Numbered from the stretch's first letter, positions 18,301 to 26,201 are shown. The stretch is 64,000 nt of DNA from Acidobacteriota bacterium (GCA_038040455.1 JBBPIH010000032.1:254-64253); one strand, 5' to 3'. Program-made: numbers and translations. Notes: generated by a model not told the origin, from the letters alone.

Positions 18301-20334
18301 CTGACTACGTGGAGAGCGACCGTGCGCGGCGTAACTGCGGACACGCGAGTTGGCTCGGCGATCTTGAAGTTTGTCTCGCGCAAGAACCTGATCCTCAGAC
18401 TCGCGACACCACGCTTCCTGACCGAAGGCGATACTGTCACATTGTCGGCGATCGTTCACAACTATCTCGAGACAGCCAAGGCAGTGCAGATTTCAATCGA
18501 CGTAACCGGCGCGCGGCTTCTGAACGCAGCTTCCCAGACGATAACGATTCCGCAGCAGGGTGAACATCGGATCGATTGGCGTGTTGCCGCAAACCAGGTC
18601 GGAGAGCTGAAGCTGCTGGCAAAAGCGCTGACTGACCAGGAATCCGACGCGGTAGAGATACCTCTCGAGGTTGTGCCTCACGGATTGAAGCAGACCCTCG
18701 GCGGAGCTACGACGCTTTCGGACGACAGCGCCGAAAAGACCATCTCGCTCAACCTTCCAGCCAATGCTCACTTGCAAGCGCGCTCGCTTCGCATCGACGC
18801 GGCGCCTTCAATAGCCGGAACGCTGTTCGGCGCGCTTGATTATCTGACCGCGTATCCGTACGGCTGTACCGAGCAGACGATGTCGAGCTTCTTGCCTAAC
18901 GTAATCGTTGCCGGGGCGCTGAAAGAAGTAAAAACAACCTCGATTCGAGCGACGAATGATCTGGGCACGAAGGTTCAACGCGGGATGGATCGGCTCTACG
19001 GCTTCCAGCACGATGACGGCGGTTGGGGGTGGTGGAAGGATGACAAGACCGATCCGTTCATGACCGCTTACGTGATCGACGGGCTGACGCTTGCGTCTCG
19101 CGCCGGCTACGCCACAGATAAGTCACGAATCACCAGCGGCCGGGACAAGCTGATGCAAATGATCGCCAGCCGCAAGAGCGACGACGGACAGGCGATCGAT
19201 CCCGAAACGCGGGCCTACATGATCTACGCGCTCGGCGAAAGCGGGGGCCTGGACGCGGCATTGATCAATGAGCTGTTCGCCAGGCGCGGAGAGCTACAGC
19301 CTTACGGCCGCGCGCTGCTTGCGCTGGCGCTTAAGCAGCACCGCGATGACGCCCGGGCGAAGCAAGTCGCGGGTGAGATCGAGCAATCCGCTCGCTCCAA
19401 CGAGTACGACACGCACTGGGAATCGAAGCACAGCTCGCACGGTTACACGGTTGAGAACGACACCGAAGCGACGGCGCTCTCGCTCAAAGCGCTGGCTCGC
19501 ATCAATCCGCAAAGCGCGCTGCTGGCAAAGGCAGCAAGATGGCTGGTCGGCAGCCGGCGCAACGGCCATTACTGGGAGTCGACCAAGCAGACGGCCTTCG
19601 CGATCTTTGGATTGACCGATTATGTGAAAGTGAGCAAAGAGCTTTCACCTGATTACAACGTGGTCGTATACATAGACGGCCAGGAGGTACTGTCGCGACG
19701 CGTGACCCCCGAAGACCTTACGTCCGCGCAGGCGTTTGTCATCGAGCGCAAAGGTTCGCAGCTCGGCAGCTCGAATCAAGTGAGGGTGGTCAAGACCGGA
19801 AAGGGTGCGCTGTATCTTTCGACGACGCTCAGCTATTTCACCCGCGATGAAGAGATTCAAGCGCAAACAACGCCGAATCTGACGCTGACGCGCGAGTACT
19901 TGCGGCTGCGGGTGGTCGAAAGCGGCGAGCAGCCGCGCTGGGAGATCACCCCGCTGACAGGAGAGCTGCGCTCGGGTGATTTGATTGTGTCGCGACTTCG
20001 CGTTCAGGGTTCGAGAGCGCGGTACATGATGGTCGAAGACCCGATTCCCGCCGGTTGCGAACAAGTCGATCGAGTCAGCGGACTCGATCTGGCTTACATC
20101 GAGGGCGCGGGCACAAGGCGATGGACTGATTGGTACAGCGCGCGTGAATTCCGCGATCAGAAGACGGCGTTGTTCGTGGACTACTTCGACGGCGACGCGA
20201 TGTTTCAAGTCGCGCTGCGGGTGCAGGTGCCCGGCGACTTTCGGGTAGCACCGGCTCGCGCGGAGTTGATGTATCAACCGGCCGTGCAGTCGAACACCTC
20301 GAGCGCGAAGGTGAGTTTTCTGGATAAGAAGTGA
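15400..20334 (+). CDS. Bacterial alpha-2-macroglobulin family protein with intact thioester motif
   Basis: 1644 aa. N-terminal signal/anchor. Thioester site YPYGCTEQTMSSFLPN (CxEQ). Size and repeated beta-sandwich-like composition are typical of bacterial A2M. SD AAGGAGG sits 8 nt before GTG 15400. Confidence 0.9.
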   Translation: MFQFDFSSPRAPRVPRGFMTVAVYSLMIAGALSISTMRLRAQSGAVETPAPSGAASAADYKPYFSLSTNRTYGTADRTRVWINYVGVDHMDFRVYRVGDPVEFFKQLEDPHQMGEGEKYQIISALKKEPSALEKVRKFKVSIFKSIKNYFRNQLRRGTRESLNEKLGREGDRQPLNVADYARVPLLNPDRMVSSWRERLTPLDNLYDTRMVMLGKRDPGVYLIEAVNNDLRAYTIAIVTDLTMINKTTPAGEMLIYTADRKSGAPRGGVKVEVINAKKTVATGTTDKSGMLKTHIERPKRQAEQAPEDRDPEAEASSEGRDSYLITARDRDHFALSDLAAYYFGSVEGGEEGEGESEGGGGLTSYIYTDRPVYRPAQKVFFRGILRTAGERGYELPSGAVKTTIEDPNGGKLLEADLNLTARGSFSGAVDVAPGAPLGQYRIIAKAGAATASEYFEVQEYKKPEYKVTVTTPKKFVEVGQKVKFSIEARYFFGEPVKEADVTYYIYRSRYYPWWWAADDDSALDEAENEEEGGYGYGNDMVKDGQGVLKADGKMEVEFEVPAADEKDSSDYTYRLEAQVTDESRRTIEARASFVGTRGNVIANTRTDRYVYYEGDTAKIKVNTSDYEGRPLAAGVTLKFIERRWDATPKQDESGRTRNEYTMRERELASADVTTNQQGEASYDYAVTGPGSINIKTIVKDGTKQYPSNEDSLWVADKKSEWSDWSYGDEQSIKLVPDKKSYQPGETAHVLAMLPTDKAHLLVTTELTGVMSARIVDAPSRAVMIDVPIEGRYAPNVYLNVAYVKDGEMYMHDRLLSVPAKSKFLDIEVLADKKEYKPRETARYTILARNSDGSPAPGAELSLGVVDEAIYSVKPDQTRDIRKAFYGRRYNQVQTSFTISYYFRGHSGEKPSPLAANKRAYQLADFKNEGQYAEPTIRKDFKDTTFWQPDIVTGADGKASVEVKLPDNLTTWRATVRGVTADTRVGSAILKFVSRKNLILRLATPRFLTEGDTVTLSAIVHNYLETAKAVQISIDVTGARLLNAASQTITIPQQGEHRIDWRVAANQVGELKLLAKALTDQESDAVEIPLEVVPHGLKQTLGGATTLSDDSAEKTISLNLPANAHLQARSLRIDAAPSIAGTLFGALDYLTAYPYGCTEQTMSSFLPNVIVAGALKEVKTTSIRATNDLGTKVQRGMDRLYGFQHDDGGWGWWKDDKTDPFMTAYVIDGLTLASRAGYATDKSRITSGRDKLMQMIASRKSDDGQAIDPETRAYMIYALGESGGLDAALINELFARRGELQPYGRALLALALKQHRDDARAKQVAGEIEQSARSNEYDTHWESKHSSHGYTVENDTEATALSLKALARINPQSALLAKAARWLVGSRRNGHYWESTKQTAFAIFGLTDYVKVSKELSPDYNVVVYIDGQEVLSRRVTPEDLTSAQAFVIERKGSQLGSSNQVRVVKTGKGALYLSTTLSYFTRDEEIQAQTTPNLTLTREYLRLRVVESGEQPRWEITPLTGELRSGDLIVSRLRVQGSRARYMMVEDPIPAGCEQVDRVSGLDLAYIEGAGTRRWTDWYSAREFRDQKTALFVDYFDGDAMFQVALRVQVPGDFRVAPARAELMYQPAVQSNTSSAKVSFLDKK

Positions 20335-20400
20335 GCGCGTCGAAGGCTTATCAGACTGAACAGTGCCGGGAGCTATTGCCAAACAATAGGAGGTTTGCAA

Positions 20401-20664
20401 ATGGCTACTCTAAGCGCGGATGTTCTGGAAGACGATATGGCGGTATCTTTGGCGCGTGTCCTGGCCGCGGCGAATAGACGTGCCCGCGAGCTGAACATAG
20501 ATGTTCCACAAAGCCTCATTTCCGTCACGCAGGTGATCGATAATGGCCCGGGCTGGCGGATCAACTACGGCCCTACGGATTATATTGGGCGGCGCGGTGG
20601 CGACTTGGTCATTGAAGTGGATGCTACCGACGCAAGCGTCAAACAGGTGCTGCACGAGCAGTAA
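20401..20664 (+). CDS. Hypothetical small cytoplasmic protein (cassette 1 downstream of A2M)
   Basis: ATG 20401 is preceded by AGGAGG (20388-20393). 87 aa, no recognisable motif. Confidence 0.6.
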   Translation: MATLSADVLEDDMAVSLARVLAAANRRARELNIDVPQSLISVTQVIDNGPGWRINYGPTDYIGRRGGDLVIEVDATDASVKQVLHEQ

Positions 20665-20677
20665 GGAAAGGGTTACG

Positions 20678-20826
20678 GACTACTTCGACGGCGACGTTTC
20701 AAGTTGCGTTGCGCGTTCAGGTGCGCGGCGAGTTTCGAATGGCGCCGACGCGCGGAGTTGATGTATCAGCCTACGTTTCAAGCTAACACCTCGAGCCCGA
20801 AGATGAGTTTTCTCGATAAGAAGTAA
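20678..20826 (+). pseudogene. Orphan, decayed copy of the A2M gene 3' end (copy 2)
   Basis: Aligns by eye to 20179-20334 with two indels (-5 and -2 nt). Piecewise translation gives DYFDGD / FQVALRVQVRGEFRMAP / AELMYQPTFQANTSSPKMSFLDKK*. The native end is DYFDGDAMFQVALRVQVPGDFRVAPARAELMYQPAVQSNTSSAKVSFLDKK*. Confidence 0.9.
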
Positions 20827-20897
20827 GGGCGGCGAAGCTGAGGCTAGGCGCGAGCAGTAGTTAGCCCGCCCCGTGTTCGCCGTGATATTCTGCGTGC

Positions 20898-21202
20898 ATG
20901 CGTTTCCAAGAATTGGAGGCGGAGTGGGACGACGATAACGTGGAGCACGTTGCAAGGCACGGAGTGGAACCGGAGGAAGTCGAAGAGATCGTATACGAGG
21001 ACTGCCACCCCTCGTGGACTGTCCGCGGGCGCCGTCGCGGAGTCCGTGAAATGCGTTGGACAATCTTGGGCAAACGTGCGCCGGTCGTTATCTGATCGCC
21101 GCATTCGCACCGTCCCCGAAGCGCGGGGTGTGGCGTGCGGTAACCGCGAGGGAAATGGAACGGCGAACTCGACGGAGGTATCAACAGTGGCGCAAAAACT
21201 GA
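20898..21202 (+). pseudogene. BrnT-like (DUF497-like) toxin gene, frameshifted
   Basis: N-terminal frame: MRFQELEAEWDDDNVEHVARHGVEPEEVEEIV...RWTILGK. The C-terminal part continues in another frame: TCAGRYLIAAFAPSPKRGVWRAVTAREMERRTRRRYQQWRKN*. One extra A in the A-run 21072-21074 would restore a single frame. Confidence 0.65.
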
Positions 21203-21486
21203 CGGCAGCAAAGCGGCGGGCTCTTAGCGAAGAGGCCCTGGAATGGGATCATCTTAACGACGAAGATCTCGCGCGGCTTTTCGACGAAGGCAAACCCGTT
21301 CACATCCGCCTGCGGCGGCCACCGCCGAAGACGCTTACGGTCGCGCTCGATGCGCAGACGCTGAACCGGCTCCGGCGTGTTGCGCGAAGGAAACAAGTTG
21401 GCCCAAGACAACTCGCGGCGATCTGGATCTCAGAGCGACTCGGTGAGGAACCGGCCACCGCACCCAGACAGCGTCGGACGGGCTAA
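21187..21486 (+). CDS. BrnA / ribbon-helix-helix-like antitoxin
   Basis: GTG 21187 overlaps the toxin stop. LTVALDAQTLNRLRRVARRKQVGPRQLAAIWISERL resembles the BrnA/CopG-type C-terminal region. Confidence 0.6.
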   Translation: MAQKLTAAKRRALSEEALEWDHLNDEDLARLFDEGKPVHIRLRRPPPKTLTVALDAQTLNRLRRVARRKQVGPRQLAAIWISERLGEEPATAPRQRRTG

Positions 21487-21527
21487 CCAGTTCGTCAACC
21501 CAATCGGATGAGTCTTCCTACCATTTC

Positions 21528-21600
21528 GGGCCTGGCAGTTTCCGCGTGGCTGCGGCTCGCGCGGAGTTGATGTATTAGCCGACGGGGCAATCTAACGCAG
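21528..21600 (+). pseudogene. Orphan copy of the A2M gene 3' end (copy 3, shorter, with premature stop)
   Basis: Translates PGSFRVAAARAELMY*PTGQSN versus native PGDFRVAPARAELMYQPAVQSN. The Gln codon CAA in the native gene is TAG in this copy. Confidence 0.8.
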
Positions 21601-21692
21601 CCCAAATAGTTTAGGGAGTTGCTTTGCCGTCCGCTGATGTTGCTTTCATGGGATGGTCAACATTAGGTTGGACCGCCGGGCCATGGGTAGCT

Positions 21693-22268
21693 ATGAAATT
21701 GTTGGTATTCACAACACTTTATTCTCTCACGGCCTTGGTGGGCTTTGCTCCTTTTGCCGCGCACGGCCAGACGAGAACTTATGTTGACACACGAAAGCTA
21801 CTACTCAAAGTAGAGCGATCCCCAGCCAACAAGGCTCTTAAGAAGCTATTTGAGGAACGCGACACAAAGAGAGCAGACTTAATTCAAGCTCTACACGACC
21901 CGGAACAGAAAGTGAATCTCAACTCGCAGGTAATCCTAAAGTACTTGGCCGACCCCCAGGCGCTAGCCGCATTGGAAGAATGGTACGGCCTTCAACGAAA
22001 GCTGGGCAAAGATTATTCGATGCCGAAGATGGAAGTTCTGTCAGAGGTAAAATACCTGGAGGGGATTTATCGAGACCTAGGAGAGTTGGTGCTGAAGAAC
22101 TTACATCCAGAGTCAAAGGACGTATCGGTAGCTTACAACAAAAGAATGAGAACTGCTCTCATTGAGGTGATTATTGGTGAGGTGTTCACTGAGGGATGGC
22201 ACGTAGTCGTAAGGAGAGAGAATAGAAAGTGGCGATTGATTTCAAACCGTCTTGTATGGCAATCATAA
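21693..22268 (+). CDS. Hypothetical secreted protein (cassette 3), visibly lower GC
   Basis: ATG 21693 gives MKLLVFTTLYSLTALVGFAPFAAHGQ (signal peptide). AT-richer codon usage than its neighbours. No recognisable domain. Confidence 0.6.
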   Translation: MKLLVFTTLYSLTALVGFAPFAAHGQTRTYVDTRKLLLKVERSPANKALKKLFEERDTKRADLIQALHDPEQKVNLNSQVILKYLADPQALAALEEWYGLQRKLGKDYSMPKMEVLSEVKYLEGIYRDLGELVLKNLHPESKDVSVAYNKRMRTALIEVIIGEVFTEGWHVVVRRENRKWRLISNRLVWQS

Positions 22269-22350
22269 GTTCAATGATGGGCGCTGACATTCGAGCATCA
22301 CAGTTCCGACCCGGGCGCTAGCGAGGTGGTCGAGAACAGGGTTTATTGCC

Positions 22351-23205
22351 ATGATCGAAAGAATCTTTCACGCACTCGCTTCGGCCTCGCGCGAACTGTT
22401 TCGCCGCTGGGGCGCACTACTCATTCTGTTAGTGCTCTACCTGGGGATGCTCGGCGCCATCTACCTGTTCTTCGTCACCCGCGAGGCAACCGTAGGCCAG
22501 TTGCTTCTGTCGTTATTGTTGGCGCTCGCGGCGCCAGTTCTGTTCCTGGTCATTCAGACGATGGCTGCGAGGTACACCGCTGGAGACGGCCGCACATTGC
22601 CATTGCTGGGCGGATCACTGCGCGACTTCTGGAAGCTGCTGGTGATTTCGCTGCCTCTCATTCTCATCGCGGCGGTGGCGATTTATCTTTTCGGCAAGTT
22701 TGAGACAACCGCTCCGGCGGCGACCGTTCGCGAAGCCGTGCGCACGCTGCCCTCGCCTCCGCGCGCGCCCGTGCCGAAGCCTCAGCCGGTTAATTGGAAA
22801 TCCATCGCGATCACCACCCTTCAGTACCTCGTGTTCTGTTTAGTGCTGCCGCTAACCGCAATTCACCTGTGGATCGTGACTGCCCGCGATGGACTCAAAC
22901 AAGCGGTCAAAGGATCCGCGCGCATTCTCGGTCGAGCTTTCGCGCCCCAGGCGGTGATCACCTACGCGATCGGCTTCGTCTTTTTCGCCGTCGTTCCCTA
23001 CTTCCTGATTGTGACAAAGACATCGGCCGTTAGTGCCTGGCTTGACGCCGCGCTGTTAGGCTCGCGGCTGGTGTTGGCGGTTGTGTTCTCGCTCGTCGGT
23101 TGGGTTGTGACTGTCGGCGCGCTGGGAAGACTGTCTGCGGAAGGTGGTAGGGAGAATGTTGCTCAAACGAGTGAGAGCGCCGGTCATGTTCCTGCCGAAG
23201 CATAA
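22351..23205 (+). CDS. Multi-pass membrane protein, unknown function
   Basis: Several hydrophobic spans (ALLILLVLYLGMLGAIYLFFV, LLLSLLLALAAPVLFLVIQ, VISLPLILIAAVAIYLF, LQYLVFCLVLPLTAIHLWIV, FVFFAVVPYFLIV, LVLAVVFSLVGWVVTVGAL). Its 3' end overlaps the next gene by 50 nt. Confidence 0.65.
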   Translation: MIERIFHALASASRELFRRWGALLILLVLYLGMLGAIYLFFVTREATVGQLLLSLLLALAAPVLFLVIQTMAARYTAGDGRTLPLLGGSLRDFWKLLVISLPLILIAAVAIYLFGKFETTAPAATVREAVRTLPSPPRAPVPKPQPVNWKSIAITTLQYLVFCLVLPLTAIHLWIVTARDGLKQAVKGSARILGRAFAPQAVITYAIGFVFFAVVPYFLIVTKTSAVSAWLDAALLGSRLVLAVVFSLVGWVVTVGALGRLSAEGGRENVAQTSESAGHVPAEA

Positions 23206-25867
23206 CTACCTGAAGTCGGTTGTCGTAGTTGTCGCGCTGTTGCAGATCGCGGCGCTCTTCTCTTCTTGCGCGCGGCCGGAACCAACCGCAGAGGGCGCAG
23301 AGGACGCCGGGAAGAAAAAAGAGAAACCAAACGCAAACGCTGCTGAGATGGACCGCGCGTTGGCACAAGCCGCGACCGCAGCGCTCGGTTATCGCGAAGG
23401 CGCAGTGCTGGTGATGGACCCTCACACTGGCCGTCTTCGCGCAGTAGTTAACCCGCGACTCGCCTTTGAACAAGCATTCCCGCCTGGCTCGACGATAAAG
23501 TCCTTCACAGCGCTCACCGCGATGAGAGCCGGCTTAATTGACAACGAGTCGACAACGCTCTGCCGCGGGCGCTTTAGCGGAGTTGGCTTCGATGTTGTCT
23601 GTTCTCATCCAAAGAGCAAAGCGCCGTTCAACCTACCGCAAGCGCTTGCCTATTCCTGCAATTACTTTTTCGCGACGCTCAGCGGAAGGCTCAGCTTTGA
23701 CGCGTTCAAAGCCATTCTCGCGTCGGCGGGACTTGGAGCGCGGACCGGTGTGAATTCCGGCGGCGAGTCGGCGGGAATGCTTCGCGAGGGCGAATGGCGA
23801 GTGCGCGATTTGCTCGGCGACGGCGACAACTTGCTGGTCACGCCGATTCAATTGCTCACCGCTTACTGCGCGCTGATGAACGGCGGAAGGCTCTATAGGC
23901 CACAGATCGCTGTGGCGGAAAAGTTCGGTGCCGAAGAGCGAACAGGTCTTCACATCGAACCTTCCCGCAGGGCCGCGCTGGTAGAAGGCATGCGAGGTGC
24001 TGTCGTATACGGAACCGCTGAGAAGTCTGGACTCCGCTCGCTTCCGATTTTCATCTTCGGCAAGACCGGCACCTCGACTTCGAGCAATGGATTTCGACGC
24101 CAGGGTTGGTTCGTCAGCTTCGCGGCGGACGCTAAATCAGCGGCTGAAGCGACGCCTGAATCGCTTGAACTCGCGGTGCTCGTGTTCATCAAACGTTCGC
24201 ACGGATCGGACGCAGCCGTCGTTTCGCAGCGAGTCTACGAAGAGTACGTTAAGCGACGAGGCGGCGAGGAGAGCGCTCAACTCAGCGACCGAGAGATCGA
24301 GAAACGCGGCAAGCAAGATGCCAGCTCCCCGAGTGTGCGCGTCAAAATGCTGAGCGAAGGCCGAGTTGTGAAGCTTTCGCTTGAAGACTACGTCGCGGGA
24401 GTTCTGGCGGTTGAAGCAGCGGTTGAAGACGAAACCGAAGCACTCAAGGCACAAGCCATTGTCAGCCGAACTTACTCGCTAAAAAATCTCCGGCGTCATG
24501 CGAGCGAAGGCTTCGATCTTTGCTCGAACACTCATTGCCAACAATATGTGAGTGATGATTCACGAATTTCGGAAAGAATTCGCCGCGCAGTTGCCGGCAC
24601 CGCCGGCGCGGTACTGCGAGATGCGAGCGGCCGGACGGCCGATGCTTACTTCCATGCAGCGTGCGGCGGATACACTGCGAACTTCTCATCACTTTGGGGC
24701 AAGTCTGGGCCGAGCTATCTTCGCGGTGTCCGTGACGACTACTGCCGAGCGATGCCCAATCACGAATGGACCGATGAGATTGCTGCCGCGCAACTGGCAA
24801 AAGCGCTCGCCGGCGATCCGCTTACCGACGCGGGGCGAAGTATCGGCGATGTCGTCGTGACAAAGAAAGATGCGACTGGCCGGGCCGAGATCATATCGAT
24901 CGAAGGCGAGCGCCGTCGTCAGGTGCGCGGATGGGAGTTTAAGTTGGTCGTCGGCCGCGCGCTTGGATGGAATGTGCTGAAGAGCTCGCGCTTCAGCGTG
25001 AGTCGAAGAGGTTCGCGCTTCATCTTTCGCGGAAGCGGATTCGGCCACGGGCTCGGCTTATGCCAGAACGGCGCTCACGTAATGGCTCAGCGTGGCGCGA
25101 CCTGCGCGGACATCCTCAATCACTACTTTCCTGGCGCCCACCTCCCCGCAAGCATCAACGCAAAGACGCAAAGTCGCGAAGACGCAGAAGGGGATGGATT
25201 CTCTTTCGTTCCTGTTGCGGCGTTGCGTCTTCACGGCTTTGCGTTAAGTTCCCGGCTGACTCTCTCGAGCGAACACTTTCACGTCAACTATCCCGCTCGA
25301 ACCCCACGCTCCGAGGTTGAAGCCGCGCTTCGCACACTCGAAGCTTCGCACGCGGAGCTGGTCGCCCGGCTCAACTCTGCATCGATCCGTTTTTCAGAGG
25401 CGGCTTCACTGGAAGTGGTTATCCACGAAACCACGCAAGACTTTATCGCGGCGAGTGAACAACCGTGGTGGGTGGCAGGCGTGACGCGCGGCCGCCGCAT
25501 GGAGCTTCAGCCGCTCGGAGTCTTGAGGCGGCGGCGCATACTTGCTTCGACGTTGCGGCACGAATACGCTCACGCCGTGATCGAAGTTGTCGGTCTGGGC
25601 CGCTCTCCTCGCTGGCTCGCTGAAGGGCTTGCGATTCGTTTCGCCGGCGAGGGCCCGCTGCTGGAACGCTTCAGAAGCCACGCGCGACTGCCGCTTGACG
25701 AACTCGAGCGAAGACTAGCCAATCCCAGATCACCTGACGAGATGCGATCGCTGTACGCGGCGGCTTATCGCGAGGTACAGGCACTGATTCAAAGCGAAGG
25801 TGAAGCAAGCGTCTGGCGCCGCCTGAGAGCGGCCGCTTCGAGGGCCGCTGCCCAAGCCACCTCGTAG
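23156..25867 (+). CDS. Fusion lipoprotein: PBP transpeptidase domain + SpoIID/LytB domain + Peptidase_MA-like HExxH domain
   Basis: Possible lipobox ...LFSSC. Transpeptidase motifs STIK (SxxK), SCN (SxN) and KTGTS (KTG). SpoIID hallmarks AQAIVSRTYSLKNL, CSNTHCQQY and YFHAACGGYTANF. C-terminal RHEYAHAVIE ... WLAEGLAIRFAGE. No glycosyltransferase (GT51) region seen. Confidence 0.8.
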   Translation: MLLKRVRAPVMFLPKHNYLKSVVVVVALLQIAALFSSCARPEPTAEGAEDAGKKKEKPNANAAEMDRALAQAATAALGYREGAVLVMDPHTGRLRAVVNPRLAFEQAFPPGSTIKSFTALTAMRAGLIDNESTTLCRGRFSGVGFDVVCSHPKSKAPFNLPQALAYSCNYFFATLSGRLSFDAFKAILASAGLGARTGVNSGGESAGMLREGEWRVRDLLGDGDNLLVTPIQLLTAYCALMNGGRLYRPQIAVAEKFGAEERTGLHIEPSRRAALVEGMRGAVVYGTAEKSGLRSLPIFIFGKTGTSTSSNGFRRQGWFVSFAADAKSAAEATPESLELAVLVFIKRSHGSDAAVVSQRVYEEYVKRRGGEESAQLSDREIEKRGKQDASSPSVRVKMLSEGRVVKLSLEDYVAGVLAVEAAVEDETEALKAQAIVSRTYSLKNLRRHASEGFDLCSNTHCQQYVSDDSRISERIRRAVAGTAGAVLRDASGRTADAYFHAACGGYTANFSSLWGKSGPSYLRGVRDDYCRAMPNHEWTDEIAAAQLAKALAGDPLTDAGRSIGDVVVTKKDATGRAEIISIEGERRRQVRGWEFKLVVGRALGWNVLKSSRFSVSRRGSRFIFRGSGFGHGLGLCQNGAHVMAQRGATCADILNHYFPGAHLPASINAKTQSREDAEGDGFSFVPVAALRLHGFALSSRLTLSSEHFHVNYPARTPRSEVEAALRTLEASHAELVARLNSASIRFSEAASLEVVIHETTQDFIAASEQPWWVAGVTRGRRMELQPLGVLRRRRILASTLRHEYAHAVIEVVGLGRSPRWLAEGLAIRFAGEGPLLERFRSHARLPLDELERRLANPRSPDEMRSLYAAAYREVQALIQSEGEASVWRRLRAAASRAAAQATS

Positions 25868-26046
25868 AGGTGGAATGATTGTAGACCCGATGCTAAATAC
25901 GACCTCACCCCAGCGGGGTGATATGTGCTGGTCCCTCGTTCGGATATTGACGTGAAATCCCCGGATCAATAAGAACATTCAACCCCTGACGGGGTTGGTA
26001 GTCGGGCGCGCGATTCTTCTACAAACATTCCACCTCTACGAGGTGG
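25857..26046. repeat. Hairpin-armed palindromic element (MITE-like)
   Basis: Arms are CCACCTCGTAGAGGTGGAATG (25857-25877, overlapping the stop codon of the upstream gene) and CATTCCACCTCTACGAGGTGG (26026-26046). Each arm is itself a hairpin (CCACCTC-GTA-GAGGTGG). The core holds further small hairpins, CACCCCAGCGGGGTG and CAACCCCTGACGGGGTTG. Confidence 0.85.
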
Positions 26047-26201
26047 TTAGGCCGCTACGCGGTGCACGGCAGCTACGCGGCCACTCGCGTGGAGCGTGCA
26101 AATTTATCCCTTGTAAGTCCCGCCGGAGAAGCAAGCACGCGGGACGCGTGCGCTCCCAGGTTTGATGCTGCTACAATCCCCGTTTTCAATCAGGATAACA
26201 A

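Noticed and set aside
17404-18459. 351-aa minus-strand ORF inside the A2M gene. Similar long antisense or out-of-frame ORFs: 19645..20400, 29231..30298, 11099..11779, 35951..36718, 46695..47429, 27556..28185, 51548..52207, 56304..56975, 34179..34814, 1407..1844, 1703..2188.
   Set aside because: Each lies within a gene whose translation carries unambiguous family motifs. The alternative frames have no motifs, and they have the Arg/Ala/Ser-rich bias expected of non-coding frames in GC-rich sequence.
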